Shown here piece by piece: positions 46,761 through 56,594 of a DNA stretch of 64,000 bases; position 1 is the stretch's first letter; each line of letters begins with the position of its first letter. The notes beneath the pieces are model-generated. The model was given only the letters and a program-made list of their open reading frames with translations. It ran no database searches and was not told the DNA's origin. The translations under genes and the position numbers were made by a program. This stretch comes from a bacterium. GTDB taxonomy: Bacteria > UBA8248. The stretch lies in contig OZ241326.1 of the NCBI GenBank assembly GCA_965199855.1, positions 2,240,001 to 2,304,000 on the forward strand, read 5' to 3'.

Positions 46761-48723
46761 GCCGGGGGCGCGCAGCCTCGCGCAGAAGCTTCTCGACGCC
46801 CATCTCGTATCGGGGGCGGCGAGGACGCCGGGCGAGGAAATCGAGCTCAGAATCGATCAGGCGCTTCTCCAGGACGCCTCGGGACCCATGGCGTTGCTCC
46901 AGTTCGAGGCCATGGGCTTCGAGAGAGTCCGCCAGAAGACGGCCGTCATGTACGCCGACCACCAGAGCCTCCAGGTTCACAGCCTTCACGCGGAAGCGCA
47001 CCGCTTCATGCTCGCCTTCTGCCGAAAGCGCGGCATCCACTTCTCCAAGCCCGGAAACGGCGTTTGTCACAACGTTCACCTCGAGGAATTCTCGGTTCCG
47101 GGCGAGAGCCTGCTCGGCACCGATTCGCACACCCCGCAGGCGGGCGCGGTGGGGATGCTGGCGCTAGGCGCGGGGGGGCTGGACGTGGCGGCGGCCATGG
47201 CGACGGGCGCGGCGATTCTCCCCCGCCCGCGCGTCGTTGAGGTGAGTCTGTCGGGCAGGCTCGCGCCCTGGTGCGCGGCGAAGGACGTGGGGCTGGAGCT
47301 CCTCCGGCGCCTGGGCATTCACGGGGGAATCGGCAAGTTTTTTGAATACGCGGGCGCGGGCGTCCGCTCGCTCTCGGCGCCGGAGCGCTTCACCATCGCG
47401 AGCATGGGAACCGAGCTGGGGCTGACGGGCAGCGTGTTCCCGAGCGACGCGCAGACCCGGCTGTTCTACGAGCGCATCGGCCGCCCCGGCGACTGGTCAC
47501 CCCAGGAGGCGGACGCCAACGCCGCCTACGACGAGAAAATGGCGCTCGACCTGGGCGAGGTGCAGCCCCTCGTCGCCCTGCCCTCCAGCCCGGACGGCGT
47601 GGTTCCCGCCGCCGAGGCCGCCGGGACGCCCATTCATCAGGTCGTCATCGGCAGCTGCACGAACGGCTCGTTCACCGACATCGCCTCGTTCGCGCAGGCG
47701 CTCCGGGGCCGCAAGGTGGCGGACGGCGTGGACGCCATTGTCTTCCCGGGCAGCCGGCAGGCGTTCGAGGAGCTCGCCCGGGAGGGGCATCTCGCCGACC
47801 TGCTCGCCGCGGGCGCGTGCGTCTCGGAGTCCACGTGCGGGGCGTGCCCCGGCTACGCCCACGTCCCCGCCCCGGGCATGAACTCCCTGCGCGCGTTCAA
47901 CCGCAACTTCCGCGGACGCTCGGGTCTGAGCGAGGATTCCGTCTATCTCGCCAGCCCCGAGACGGCCGCCGTAGCCGCCCTGCACGGCGAGCTGCGCGAC
48001 CCGAGGAGCGAGGGAAAGCCCCCCGGGGTTCTGCTTCCCTACCGCCTCGCCTCCGACAGGACGGGCATCGTTCCCCCGGCGGAGGATCCGTCCTCCGTGG
48101 AAATTCCCCGGGGGCCGAACATCGGCCCCGTTCCGGTGGGGACGCCCCCGGGCGATTCCTTCGACGGGGAGGTTCTCATCAAGCTCGGCGACGGCGTCTC
48201 CACCGACCACATCAGCCCGGCGGGGGTCGAGGCCATCACCTACCGGACGAACATGCCCGCCCTGGCCGACTTCACGTTCAGGCGCGTGGACCCGGGGTTC
48301 GTCCCGCGCGCCCGAGAGGCGGGCGGCGGCGTCATCGTCGCGGGAGAAACCTACGGACAGGGCTCCGCGCGCGAGCAGGCGGCCATCTGCCCGATGATCC
48401 TGGGGATTCGCGCCGTCATCGCCAAGAGCTTCGCCAGAATCCACCGGGCGAACCTCATCAACTGGGGCGTCCTGCCCCTCTCGTTCCTCGACGAGGCGGA
48501 CTACGACGAAGCGGCGCCCGGGCAGAGGCTCTCCGTCTCCCGTCTGCGGGATTCCCTCGCCGAGGACGCGCTGGAGGTGAGGAACGAGGACGCGGGCCGC
48601 GCCTTCCGCGTCTCCTGCCCGCTGACGGAGCGCGAGCGGCGCGTTCTGCTGGCGGGCGGGGCGCTCGCCCTGGCGCGCGGCGAGGGGGCCGCCGCCTCGA
48701 CCGGGGCGCGGGAGGGCGCGTGA
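46753..48723 (+). CDS. Aconitate hydratase family, short (~656 aa) type
   Basis: GTG start overlapping the synthase stop. QDASG, DSHT, GSCTN, CGAC [4Fe-4S] ligands, NRNF.GR, STDHI, YGQGSARE. Confidence 0.92.
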   Translation: MAEPGARSLAQKLLDAHLVSGAARTPGEEIELRIDQALLQDASGPMALLQFEAMGFERVRQKTAVMYADHQSLQVHSLHAEAHRFMLAFCRKRGIHFSKPGNGVCHNVHLEEFSVPGESLLGTDSHTPQAGAVGMLALGAGGLDVAAAMATGAAILPRPRVVEVSLSGRLAPWCAAKDVGLELLRRLGIHGGIGKFFEYAGAGVRSLSAPERFTIASMGTELGLTGSVFPSDAQTRLFYERIGRPGDWSPQEADANAAYDEKMALDLGEVQPLVALPSSPDGVVPAAEAAGTPIHQVVIGSCTNGSFTDIASFAQALRGRKVADGVDAIVFPGSRQAFEELAREGHLADLLAAGACVSESTCGACPGYAHVPAPGMNSLRAFNRNFRGRSGLSEDSVYLASPETAAVAALHGELRDPRSEGKPPGVLLPYRLASDRTGIVPPAEDPSSVEIPRGPNIGPVPVGTPPGDSFDGEVLIKLGDGVSTDHISPAGVEAITYRTNMPALADFTFRRVDPGFVPRAREAGGGVIVAGETYGQGSAREQAAICPMILGIRAVIAKSFARIHRANLINWGVLPLSFLDEADYDEAAPGQRLSVSRLRDSLAEDALEVRNEDAGRAFRVSCPLTERERRVLLAGGALALARGEGAAASTGAREGA

Positions 48724-48724
48724 C

Positions 48725-49873
48725 GTGAGGCAGAGGAAATACCCGGCCGTATTCATGCGCGGAGGCACGAGCCGCGCCATCTTCTTTCACGAGCGCGACC
48801 TGCCGAAGGCGCGCGCCGAGCGCGACGCCGTCTTCCTCAAGGCGCTGGGCAGTCCCGACCCGAACGGCCGCCAGCTGGACGGGCTGGGGGGCGGCGTCTC
48901 CTCCCTGAGCAAGGTCGCCGTCGTCGCGCTCTCCGAACGCGCGGACGCGGACGTGGACTTCACCTTCGCGCAGGTGGGCGTGCGGGAGAAAATCGTGGAC
49001 TACGCGGGCGCGTGCGGGAACATATCGAGCGCGGTCGGCCCCTTCGCCGTGGACGAGGGGCTGGCGCCCGCGGAGGAGAACGGTGCCGCCCTCGTCCGCG
49101 TCCACAACGCGAACACGGGGAAAATCTTCCACGCCCGCTTCCCGGTGGAGGACGGCGCGGCCGCCGTGGACGGCTCCTGCGAGCTGCCGGGCGTCTCCGG
49201 CGCGGGGGCGCGCATCACGCTCGAATTCATGGACCCGGGAGGCGCAGCCACGGGGAAGCTCCTGCCCTCGGGCGGCCCGGTGGACGTTTTCGATATCGAG
49301 GGGCTGGGAAGCGTGGAAGTCAGCATGGTGGACGCGACCAACCCGATGGCGTTCCTCCGCGCGAAGGACCTGGGGCTGAGCGGCGGAGAAGCCCCCGGCG
49401 CCATCGACGCCCGCGTCGAACTGATGGTGAACCTCGAGCAGATTCGCGCCGAGGCGGCCGTTCGCATGGGCATGGCGCGAAGCAGGCGGGAGGCCTCCGA
49501 GAGCGTCCGCGCGGTGCCGAAAGTCGCCCTCGTCGCGCCGCCGGCGGAATACGTGGACATCAGGGGCGAGGTCGTCCCGGCGGAGGCGTGCGACGTCGTG
49601 AGCCGCGTCGTCTCGATGGGCAAGACCCACCGCGCCTACGCGCTCACGGGGGCGATGTGCCTCGCGGTCGCCGCGCGGATTCCCGGCACCCTCGTTCACG
49701 AGGCAGCCCGGGGCGGGGCGGGCGACATTCGCCTGGGCCATCCCTCCGGCGTCCAGCGGGTGAACGCCCGGGTCTCCGCCTCTCCGCAGGGATGCGAGGC
49801 CGAGAAGGTCGTCGTCTATCGCACGGCGCGGAGGCTCATGGAGGGCCTCGTGTGCGTGCCCGCCGATTCGTGA
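48725..49873 (+). CDS. prpF: PrpF family isomerase
   Basis: MRGGTSR, GSPDP...QLDGLGGG.SSLSK, CGN, HPSG, RTARRLMEG. Confidence 0.9.
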   Translation: MRQRKYPAVFMRGGTSRAIFFHERDLPKARAERDAVFLKALGSPDPNGRQLDGLGGGVSSLSKVAVVALSERADADVDFTFAQVGVREKIVDYAGACGNISSAVGPFAVDEGLAPAEENGAALVRVHNANTGKIFHARFPVEDGAAAVDGSCELPGVSGAGARITLEFMDPGGAATGKLLPSGGPVDVFDIEGLGSVEVSMVDATNPMAFLRAKDLGLSGGEAPGAIDARVELMVNLEQIRAEAAVRMGMARSRREASESVRAVPKVALVAPPAEYVDIRGEVVPAEACDVVSRVVSMGKTHRAYALTGAMCLAVAARIPGTLVHEAARGGAGDIRLGHPSGVQRVNARVSASPQGCEAEKVVVYRTARRLMEGLVCVPADS

Positions 49874-49891
49874 GGCGGGGCGGGGCCGCGC

Positions 49892-50854
49892 CTACGCCTT
49901 TCGCCCGCCCCTCTTCTCTCCCGTCACCAGCCAGACGCCGGCCGCCGTCAGCGCGGCTCCCGCCGCCAGACGCCAGCTCACCCGCTCGCCCAGATACAGG
50001 GCGCTGCCCAGCACGCCGACGATCGGGTTCAGGAACAGGAACACCGACACCCGCGCGGGCGAATACTTCAGGAGCAGGTAGCCCCAGTAGGCCAGCAGAA
50101 GCGCGCTCGAAGCCACGCCCATATAGACGACCGCGAGAATCTGCGCGCCCCCGAAGGAGAGAATCCCGAAGCCGGGATCGGACGAGGCGAGGAGAAAATA
50201 GGCCGGCGCGCCGATGAGCATGGCCCATCGGGAGATGGACACCACGTCCGAGTTCCAGAGGCAGCGGCGGTAGTGAATCGTCTGCGCCGCCCAGAGGACG
50301 GCGGCGAGGAGGATGTAGGAATCCGCCCAGAGCGCGCCGTCCGCCCCGAGGCGGTTCGAGAACACCGTGACAGTTCCTCCCATCGCCAGGGCGAAGCCCG
50401 CCGCCCGCGCCGGGGTGACGCGCTCGCCCGACAGAAACGCCGCGCCCAGCAGCATGACCCAGATCGGCTGCGAATAGAGCAGCACCGAGGCGCGCGCGGC
50501 GGCCGTTCCGAACATCCCCTGATAGAGGAACCAGATATAGACGTTGTGCAGAAGGCCGCTCAGCGCCCGGTGCCCCTTCTCCTTCCAGGCGCTCTTGTGG
50601 GTCGCCCGGTCGGGGGCGCCCAGGAGAAGGCCGTAGATCGTCAGGGTGAGGACGGCCGCGGAGCAGCGCATCCAGATGAGGCCGAAGGGGGTGAGCCCCC
50701 CGTAGGCGCCCTTGATGACGGGCTGCGCCATCCCCCAGATCAGGGTGAGGAGCAGCGAGCCGAACACCAGCTCGAGCGGCGCTCCCGCGGACGGCTGCCG
50801 GACGCCCGGGCGGCCGCTCAACCGGCTTTCCCGGAAGCGCGGGGCCGCCCGCAA
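49892..50854 (-). CDS. DMT/EamA family transporter
   Basis: LIWG, Y.QPIWV..L...FL..ER, FL.PI.GV......LGE. True start uncertain. Confidence 0.85.
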   Translation of the reverse strand: MRAAPRFRESRLSGRPGVRQPSAGAPLELVFGSLLLTLIWGMAQPVIKGAYGGLTPFGLIWMRCSAAVLTLTIYGLLLGAPDRATHKSAWKEKGHRALSGLLHNVYIWFLYQGMFGTAAARASVLLYSQPIWVMLLGAAFLSGERVTPARAAGFALAMGGTVTVFSNRLGADGALWADSYILLAAVLWAAQTIHYRRCLWNSDVVSISRWAMLIGAPAYFLLASSDPGFGILSFGGAQILAVVYMGVASSALLLAYWGYLLLKYSPARVSVFLFLNPIVGVLGSALYLGERVSWRLAAGAALTAAGVWLVTGEKRGGRKA

Positions 50855-51154
50855 GTCTCGATGCGGACGTTTTCAGCCCCCCTGACGCGGGCGATCATCC
50901 GACCGCCTCCGCGGGCGCGCCCCTGAAGCCCTCCTCGCGGGAGAGAGGCTCCGGCCCCGGGGCGCGCGCTCCGGGGCGGGAAGTGAACGTGGTCGCATCG
51001 AAATTCCACCCGTGAAGCCCCTTCCGCGATTTTCCGCCTCCCCGCCTCCCGGATCGGCTCCGGGCGAGAATCCCACAGGAAGCGCCGCTTCCACAAACCA
51101 TTTTCCCGGCCGGGCGTGAAGCGCGCCCCACCCGCGACGCCCCTCGCCGCCCGC

Positions 51155-51183
51155 TTGATTCGCGCGGGGGATGGGGCTAGATT
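51155..51183 (+). promoter_or_regulatory. Sigma70-type promoter upstream of the MBL-ACS genes
   Basis: TTGATT-N17-TAGATT. Confidence 0.5.
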
Positions 51184-51280
51184 GAAAGCCTCTATCGACG
51201 CCAGCGGCATGAGTGACGCGGAGCATTCCTCCGGACAGGAGCGCGTGAACTTTTCACCCTTCGACAGGAAAGGCGCCTAC

Positions 51281-52102
51281 ATGGAAACCCAGGACTGGTA
51301 TTCCGTCAACGAATTCGCCCCGGGCAGCTACCAGATTACCGAAGGCGGCCGCTTCAACATGCTCCTTCTCGTGGGAGACGAGAAGGCGGTCGCCATTGAC
51401 GGCGGCATCGGGGTCGGCGACCTGAGAAAACTCCACGAGAGCATCACGGACAAGCCCATCGACTTCATCCTCACCCACACCCACTGGGATCACCTGGGCG
51501 CGGCGTGGCGGTGGGAGAAGGTGGGCGTTCACCCCGTCGGCAGGAGTCTGCTCGCCAACGACTTCTCCAAGCTCGAAAAAGCCTTCGTGAACACGTGGAA
51601 GACGAACGGAAACGCCTTTCCCGACTGGTTCGACGAGGAGACCTACTCCATCAGGCCCGCCGCGTTCGGCTGGACGCTCCGGGAGGGCGACTCCTTCGAC
51701 CTGGGCGGCAGAAAATTCCGCGTCTATGAGACGCCCGGGCACTCGCCGTGCAGCATCTCGCTCTACGACGAGCGCGAGAAGATTCTCGTATCGGGCGACC
51801 TGATCCGCTGCGAGGAATGCCTCTTCCTCCAGGTGCCGACGGCCGTGCTCTCCGACTACGCGCCCTCGCTGCGCAAGATGGAGAAGGTGGCGCGGGAAAA
51901 CGAGGTGCGCTGGATCACGTCGGGACACACCGCCCCCTACCCGGACCCCTCCATCATCGGCGAGCTGGCCCAGAACATGGAGGAGCTCGAAGCGGGCGCG
52001 CACGACCCGCCCGCCAAGGTGGACGGCGGCGCGTGGGGCGAGGTGGACGAGTACGTCTTCCCCCGCGTGAAGGTGTGGATTCAGGATCACGCGAGAAAGT
52101 AG
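51281..52102 (+). CDS. Metallo-beta-lactamase-fold hydrolase
   Basis: THTHWDH (HxHxDH), TPGHS, SGD, SGH. Confidence 0.9.
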   Translation: METQDWYSVNEFAPGSYQITEGGRFNMLLLVGDEKAVAIDGGIGVGDLRKLHESITDKPIDFILTHTHWDHLGAAWRWEKVGVHPVGRSLLANDFSKLEKAFVNTWKTNGNAFPDWFDEETYSIRPAAFGWTLREGDSFDLGGRKFRVYETPGHSPCSISLYDEREKILVSGDLIRCEECLFLQVPTAVLSDYAPSLRKMEKVARENEVRWITSGHTAPYPDPSIIGELAQNMEELEAGAHDPPAKVDGGAWGEVDEYVFPRVKVWIQDHARK

Positions 52103-52135
52103 CGGCGCGGCGAAAACAGCGGAGGGCAAACGACA

Positions 52136-54082
52136 ATGAGCGCCCCGGACATCATCTGGCGTCCGAACGAGGATTTTCTGACGAACAGCCACGTCGCCAG
52201 GCTGATGAGGAAGCTCGGCATCGCCGACCACCGGGAGTTTCTGAAGTGGTCGGTTCGGGACATCCGCCGCTTCTGGGAGGTCGTCCTGGAGGACATGGGA
52301 CTCGCGTGGTACAGGCGCTATGACGAGCTTCTCGACATGAGCGGCGGCTTCCCCTGGGCGAAATGGTTCGTCGGCGGGGAGACGAACATCGTCCTGAACT
52401 GCATCGACCGCCACCTGGAGAGCGGCCGCAGGGATCAGACCGCCCTCGTCTGGGAGAGCGACGCGGGCGAGGTGCGCCAATTCACCTACGCCGAGCTCTC
52501 GGCGGAGGTCTCCCGCCTGGCCTGCGCCATGCGCGGGATGGGGCTGGGGCGCGGAGACGTGGCGGGCGTGTTCCTGCCCATGGTGCCCGAGGCCGCCATC
52601 GTCATGTATGCGTGCTTCAAGACGGGGGTGGCCGTCCTGCCCGTGTTCTCAGGCTTCGGGCCCGAGGGGCTGGCCGAGCGGCTCATCCACGCGGAGGCGC
52701 GCATCCTCTTCACGGCGGACGGCGCGGTTCGCCGGGGCAAAAAGGTTCCCCTGAAGGGGACGGCGGACGCCGCCCTCGAGCGGGCCTCGAAGGTGGAGAA
52801 GGTGGTGGTCGTCCGCCGCTCGGGCGATGCGGCGCCCATGCGCGCCGGGCGCGACGTATACTGGGAGGACTTCACGGAGGGCCAGGCCGCGGAGGCGGAG
52901 ACCGCGCGGCTTCCCGCCGACGCCGTCTCGATGATCATGTACACCTCCGGCACCACCGGCAAGCCCAAGGGAACCGTCTACACCCACGCCGGGCTGATGA
53001 GCGGCCCCGGGCGCGAACTCCGATACTGCCTGGACATGCGCGAGGGCGACGCGATTTTCTGGGTCACGGACTTCGGCTGGGTCATGGCGCCCTACGAGCT
53101 GGTGGGGGCGCACTTCAGCGGCCATTCCTGCCTCCTCTACGAGAGCGTGCCGAACCACCCGGCGCCCGACCGCCTCTGGCGCATCGTGGAGAGGCACCGG
53201 GTCAGCCACCTGGGGCTTTCGCCCACGGCCGTTCGCGTGCTGATCAGCGCGGGCGACGAATGGGTGGAGAAGCGCGATCTCTCCTCCCTGCGCGTGCTGG
53301 CCTCCACGGGCGAGCCCTGGGACCCGGAATCCTACATGTGGTATTTCGAGAAAGTGGGCGGGGGGCGGTGTCCCGTCATGAACATTTCGGGCGGCACGGA
53401 AATCGGCGCCTGCCTGCTCCAGCCCCTGCCCGTCATGGAGCTGAGCCCCTGCACGCTGGGCGCCCCCGCCATGGGAACGGACGCGGACGTGTTCGGCGAG
53501 GACGCCCGGCCGGTGCGCGGCGAGGTGGGCCACCTCGTTCTCAAGCAGCCCCTCCCCTCGCTCACCAACGGCTTCTGGAAGGAGCCGGAGCGCTACCTGG
53601 AGACCTATTTCTCCCGCTGGGAGGGCGTCTGGTATCACGGCGACTGGGCGAAGGTGGACGAGAAGGGCCTCTGGTATCTCTACGGACGCTCGGACGACAC
53701 CATCAAGGTGTCGGGCAAGCGCGTGGGCCCCAGCGAGATAGAATCCCAGCTCATCAAGCACCCGGACGTCATAGAGGCCGCCGTCGTGGGAACGCCGCAC
53801 CCGGTGAAGGGCGAGGGCCTCACCTGCTTCGTCGTCACGCGCGACTCCCGCGAGCCGGGCGACGCCCTGCGCGAGGAGCTCAAGGATCAGGCGGCGCGAT
53901 ACCTGGGCAAGAGCCTGCGCCCCGACGAGGTGCGCTTCGTCCGCGCCCTGCCCAAGACCCGCTCCGCCAAAATCGTGCGCAGCGCGATCAAGAAGGTCCA
54001 TCTGGGCCAGCCGGTGGACCACATGGACCTCAACTCGCTCGAAAACCCGGCGCACCTCGACGCCATCCGGGAGGCGCTCTAG
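52136..54082 (+). CDS. Acetate/short-chain acyl-CoA ligase (copy 1)
   Basis: YTSGTTGKPKG, STGEPW, ISGGTEI, WYHGD, GRSDD, PKTRSAKI. Confidence 0.94.
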   Translation: MSAPDIIWRPNEDFLTNSHVARLMRKLGIADHREFLKWSVRDIRRFWEVVLEDMGLAWYRRYDELLDMSGGFPWAKWFVGGETNIVLNCIDRHLESGRRDQTALVWESDAGEVRQFTYAELSAEVSRLACAMRGMGLGRGDVAGVFLPMVPEAAIVMYACFKTGVAVLPVFSGFGPEGLAERLIHAEARILFTADGAVRRGKKVPLKGTADAALERASKVEKVVVVRRSGDAAPMRAGRDVYWEDFTEGQAAEAETARLPADAVSMIMYTSGTTGKPKGTVYTHAGLMSGPGRELRYCLDMREGDAIFWVTDFGWVMAPYELVGAHFSGHSCLLYESVPNHPAPDRLWRIVERHRVSHLGLSPTAVRVLISAGDEWVEKRDLSSLRVLASTGEPWDPESYMWYFEKVGGGRCPVMNISGGTEIGACLLQPLPVMELSPCTLGAPAMGTDADVFGEDARPVRGEVGHLVLKQPLPSLTNGFWKEPERYLETYFSRWEGVWYHGDWAKVDEKGLWYLYGRSDDTIKVSGKRVGPSEIESQLIKHPDVIEAAVVGTPHPVKGEGLTCFVVTRDSREPGDALREELKDQAARYLGKSLRPDEVRFVRALPKTRSAKIVRSAIKKVHLGQPVDHMDLNSLENPAHLDAIREAL

Positions 54083-54084
54083 CC

Positions 54085-56031
54085 ATGAGCGCGGACAACA
54101 TCATCTGGCGGCCGGGGGAGGATTTTCTCCAAAACTCGAACGTCGCCCGCTTCATGCGAAAGCATGATCTGGCGGACTACGAGGCGCTGCTCGCCTTCTC
54201 CCGGGAGGACATCGGCCGCTTCTGGGAGGCGATAGAGAAGGACATGGGCGTCTCCTGGCAGAAGCCCTACGAGCGGATCATCGACGCCTCGGGCGGCCTC
54301 CCCTGGACGAAGTGGTTCATCGGAGGCGAGCTCAACGTCGTCCACAACTGCATCGACAGGCACCTGGAGGGCGCCGCGCGCGACAGAACCGCCCTCGTCT
54401 GGGAGGGGGACGGCGGGGAGGTCCGCCGCTTCACCTACGCGGAGATGAGCGCGCGGGTCTGCCGGCTGGCGAACGCCATGCGCGGGATGGGGATGGGCGC
54501 GGGAGACGCCGCCGGCATCTTCATGCCCATGATTCCCGAAACCGTATTCGCCATGTTCGCCTGCCTGAAAATCGGGGCGGCGGCGATTCCCATCTTCTCG
54601 GGCTTCGGCCCTGAGGCGGTCGCCGAGCGTCTCGCCCACGCCGAGGCGCGGCTCGTCTTCACCGCGGACGGCGGGATGCGGCGCGGGAAGGAGGTCGGCG
54701 TGAAGGGGCTGATGGACGAGGCGCTCGCCCTCGGAACGCGGGTGGAGAAGGCGGTCGTCTTCCGGAGAACCGGGACGAGCGTCCCCATGCGGGAGGGGCG
54801 CGACGTATTCTGGGAGGACTTCATCGACGGCCAGCCCGACGACGCCGAAACCGCGCGCCTGCCCGCCGAGGCGCGCGCGCTCATCATCTACACCTCCGGC
54901 ACGACGGGCAAGCCCAAGGGCGCGGCGCACACCCACGCGGGGTGCATGATCAACGCGGCGAAGGAGATTCGCTACTGCCTGGATCTGAGGGAGCCGGACG
55001 TGTTCTTCTGGGTGACCGACATCGGCTGGATGATGGGCCCCTGGGAGATGCTGGGCGTCCAGTTCGCGGGCGGAACCTACCTCATCTACGAGGGCGCCCC
55101 GGACTGGCCCGCGCCCGACAGGCTGTGGAGGCTCCTGGAGGATCACGGGGTGACCATCTTCGGCGTCTCGCCCACCGCCGCGCGGCTCCTGATCAGCAGG
55201 GGCGACGAATGGGTGGAGAGGCGCGACCTCTCGCGGCTGCGCGTGCTGGGCTCCACCGGAGAGCCCTGGGATCCTGAATCCTACATGTGGTTCTTCGAGA
55301 AGGTGGGCGGCGGGCGATGCCCCGTCATGAACATCTCGGGCGGCACCGAGCTGTTCGGCTGCCTGCTCCAGCCCTACCCCGTCGCTCCGCTCGCCCCCTG
55401 CTCCCTGGGCGGCCCCGCCCTGGGCGCGGACGCGGACGTGTTCAACGAGGCGGGCGAACCCGCGCGGGGCGAAATCGGCCATCTCGTCTGCAAACAGCCG
55501 ACGCCCTCGATGACGAAGGGCTTTCTGAAGGACGACGAGCGATACCTCGAGACCTATTTCTCGCGCTGGCCGGACGTCTGGTATCACGGCGACTGGGCCA
55601 TGGCGGACGAGGACGGGCAGTGGTATCTCTACGGCCGCTCGGACGACGCCATCAACGTGGCGGGCAAGCGCGTGGGGCCCGCCGAGGTGGAGGCCGCCCT
55701 CATCCGGCACCCCGACGTCGTGGAGGCCGCCGTCATCGGCGCGCCGCACCCCGTCAAGGGGGAGGGGCTGTGCTGCTTCGTGGTGCTGGGCGAGGGCGCG
55801 GCGCCCGACGACGCGCTGCGCGAGGCGCTCAAGGACGAGGCCGTGAAGTATCTCGGCAAGAGCCTGCGGCCCGACGAGGTGAAGTTCGTCCGCGCCCTGC
55901 CCAAGACGCGCTCGGCGAAAATCGTCCGCGGCGCGATCCGCAAAATCCATCTGGGCGAGGACCCGGCGAGCATCGACGCCTCCTCCATCGAGACGCCCGA
56001 ATTCCTCCACGCCATCAGGGAGGCGCTGTGA
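54085..56031 (+). CDS. Acetate/short-chain acyl-CoA ligase (copy 2)
   Basis: Starts MSADNIIWRP at 54085, with the same AMP-binding motifs; tandem paralog. Confidence 0.94.
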   Translation: MSADNIIWRPGEDFLQNSNVARFMRKHDLADYEALLAFSREDIGRFWEAIEKDMGVSWQKPYERIIDASGGLPWTKWFIGGELNVVHNCIDRHLEGAARDRTALVWEGDGGEVRRFTYAEMSARVCRLANAMRGMGMGAGDAAGIFMPMIPETVFAMFACLKIGAAAIPIFSGFGPEAVAERLAHAEARLVFTADGGMRRGKEVGVKGLMDEALALGTRVEKAVVFRRTGTSVPMREGRDVFWEDFIDGQPDDAETARLPAEARALIIYTSGTTGKPKGAAHTHAGCMINAAKEIRYCLDLREPDVFFWVTDIGWMMGPWEMLGVQFAGGTYLIYEGAPDWPAPDRLWRLLEDHGVTIFGVSPTAARLLISRGDEWVERRDLSRLRVLGSTGEPWDPESYMWFFEKVGGGRCPVMNISGGTELFGCLLQPYPVAPLAPCSLGGPALGADADVFNEAGEPARGEIGHLVCKQPTPSMTKGFLKDDERYLETYFSRWPDVWYHGDWAMADEDGQWYLYGRSDDAINVAGKRVGPAEVEAALIRHPDVVEAAVIGAPHPVKGEGLCCFVVLGEGAAPDDALREALKDEAVKYLGKSLRPDEVKFVRALPKTRSAKIVRGAIRKIHLGEDPASIDASSIETPEFLHAIREAL

Positions 56032-56073
56032 GGCTCCCGCTCCCGCCTCCCGCGCGCGGGGAAGCGCCCTGAC

Positions 56074-56439
56074 GTGCTTCTCGACTGCCCGGAATGCGGG
56101 GGAGCCTTGAGCTCGGAGGCCGAATCCTGCCCGAACTGCGGCTACGTTCTGAACCCGCGGCCCACCTCGCTCGATCAGATTTTCGGCATCCTCGGCTGCT
56201 TCCTGAAGGCCATTCTGCTCCTGGTCGCCGCGGTTTTTCTTCTGTCGCTGTGCTCGGGCGAGAGCGGAATCAAGCGCATCCAGGCGCTGCGCGCGCCCTC
56301 CCCGCTCCCTCCATCCATGACCGCGCGCGAGGGCCGGAGCGCGAGTTCGGGAGAGAGCGTCGTCGGGGCGGCGGCGACGCGGCGCGGGAAGACGCGGGGA
56401 ATCACCGGAACGGCCGGACGCTTGAAGACGGCTCCGTGA
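56074..56439 (+). CDS. Zinc-ribbon membrane protein
   Basis: CPECG...S..AESCPNCG followed by one TM helix. Confidence 0.7.
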   Translation: MLLDCPECGGALSSEAESCPNCGYVLNPRPTSLDQIFGILGCFLKAILLLVAAVFLLSLCSGESGIKRIQALRAPSPLPPSMTAREGRSASSGESVVGAAATRRGKTRGITGTAGRLKTAP

Positions 56440-56594
56440 GCGGGATGAGCGCCTAGGGCGACTCCCCTCACCGCCCCGAAGTGAACGGGGGCGACGGCCG
56501 AACTTCCCGGCCGTCCGCCGCGCCCTTGTCCGCGCCCCCCCGAATCGCTAAGGTGGCCTCTCTCCATTCACGCGCGCGGGGGACGCCTCCTCTC

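Noticed and set aside
52363-56031. 1222-aa ORF suggesting a giant fused ligase
   Set aside because: The first 574 codons are an off-frame shadow of ligase 1. The real gene starts at ATG 54085, just after the TAG at 54080-54082.
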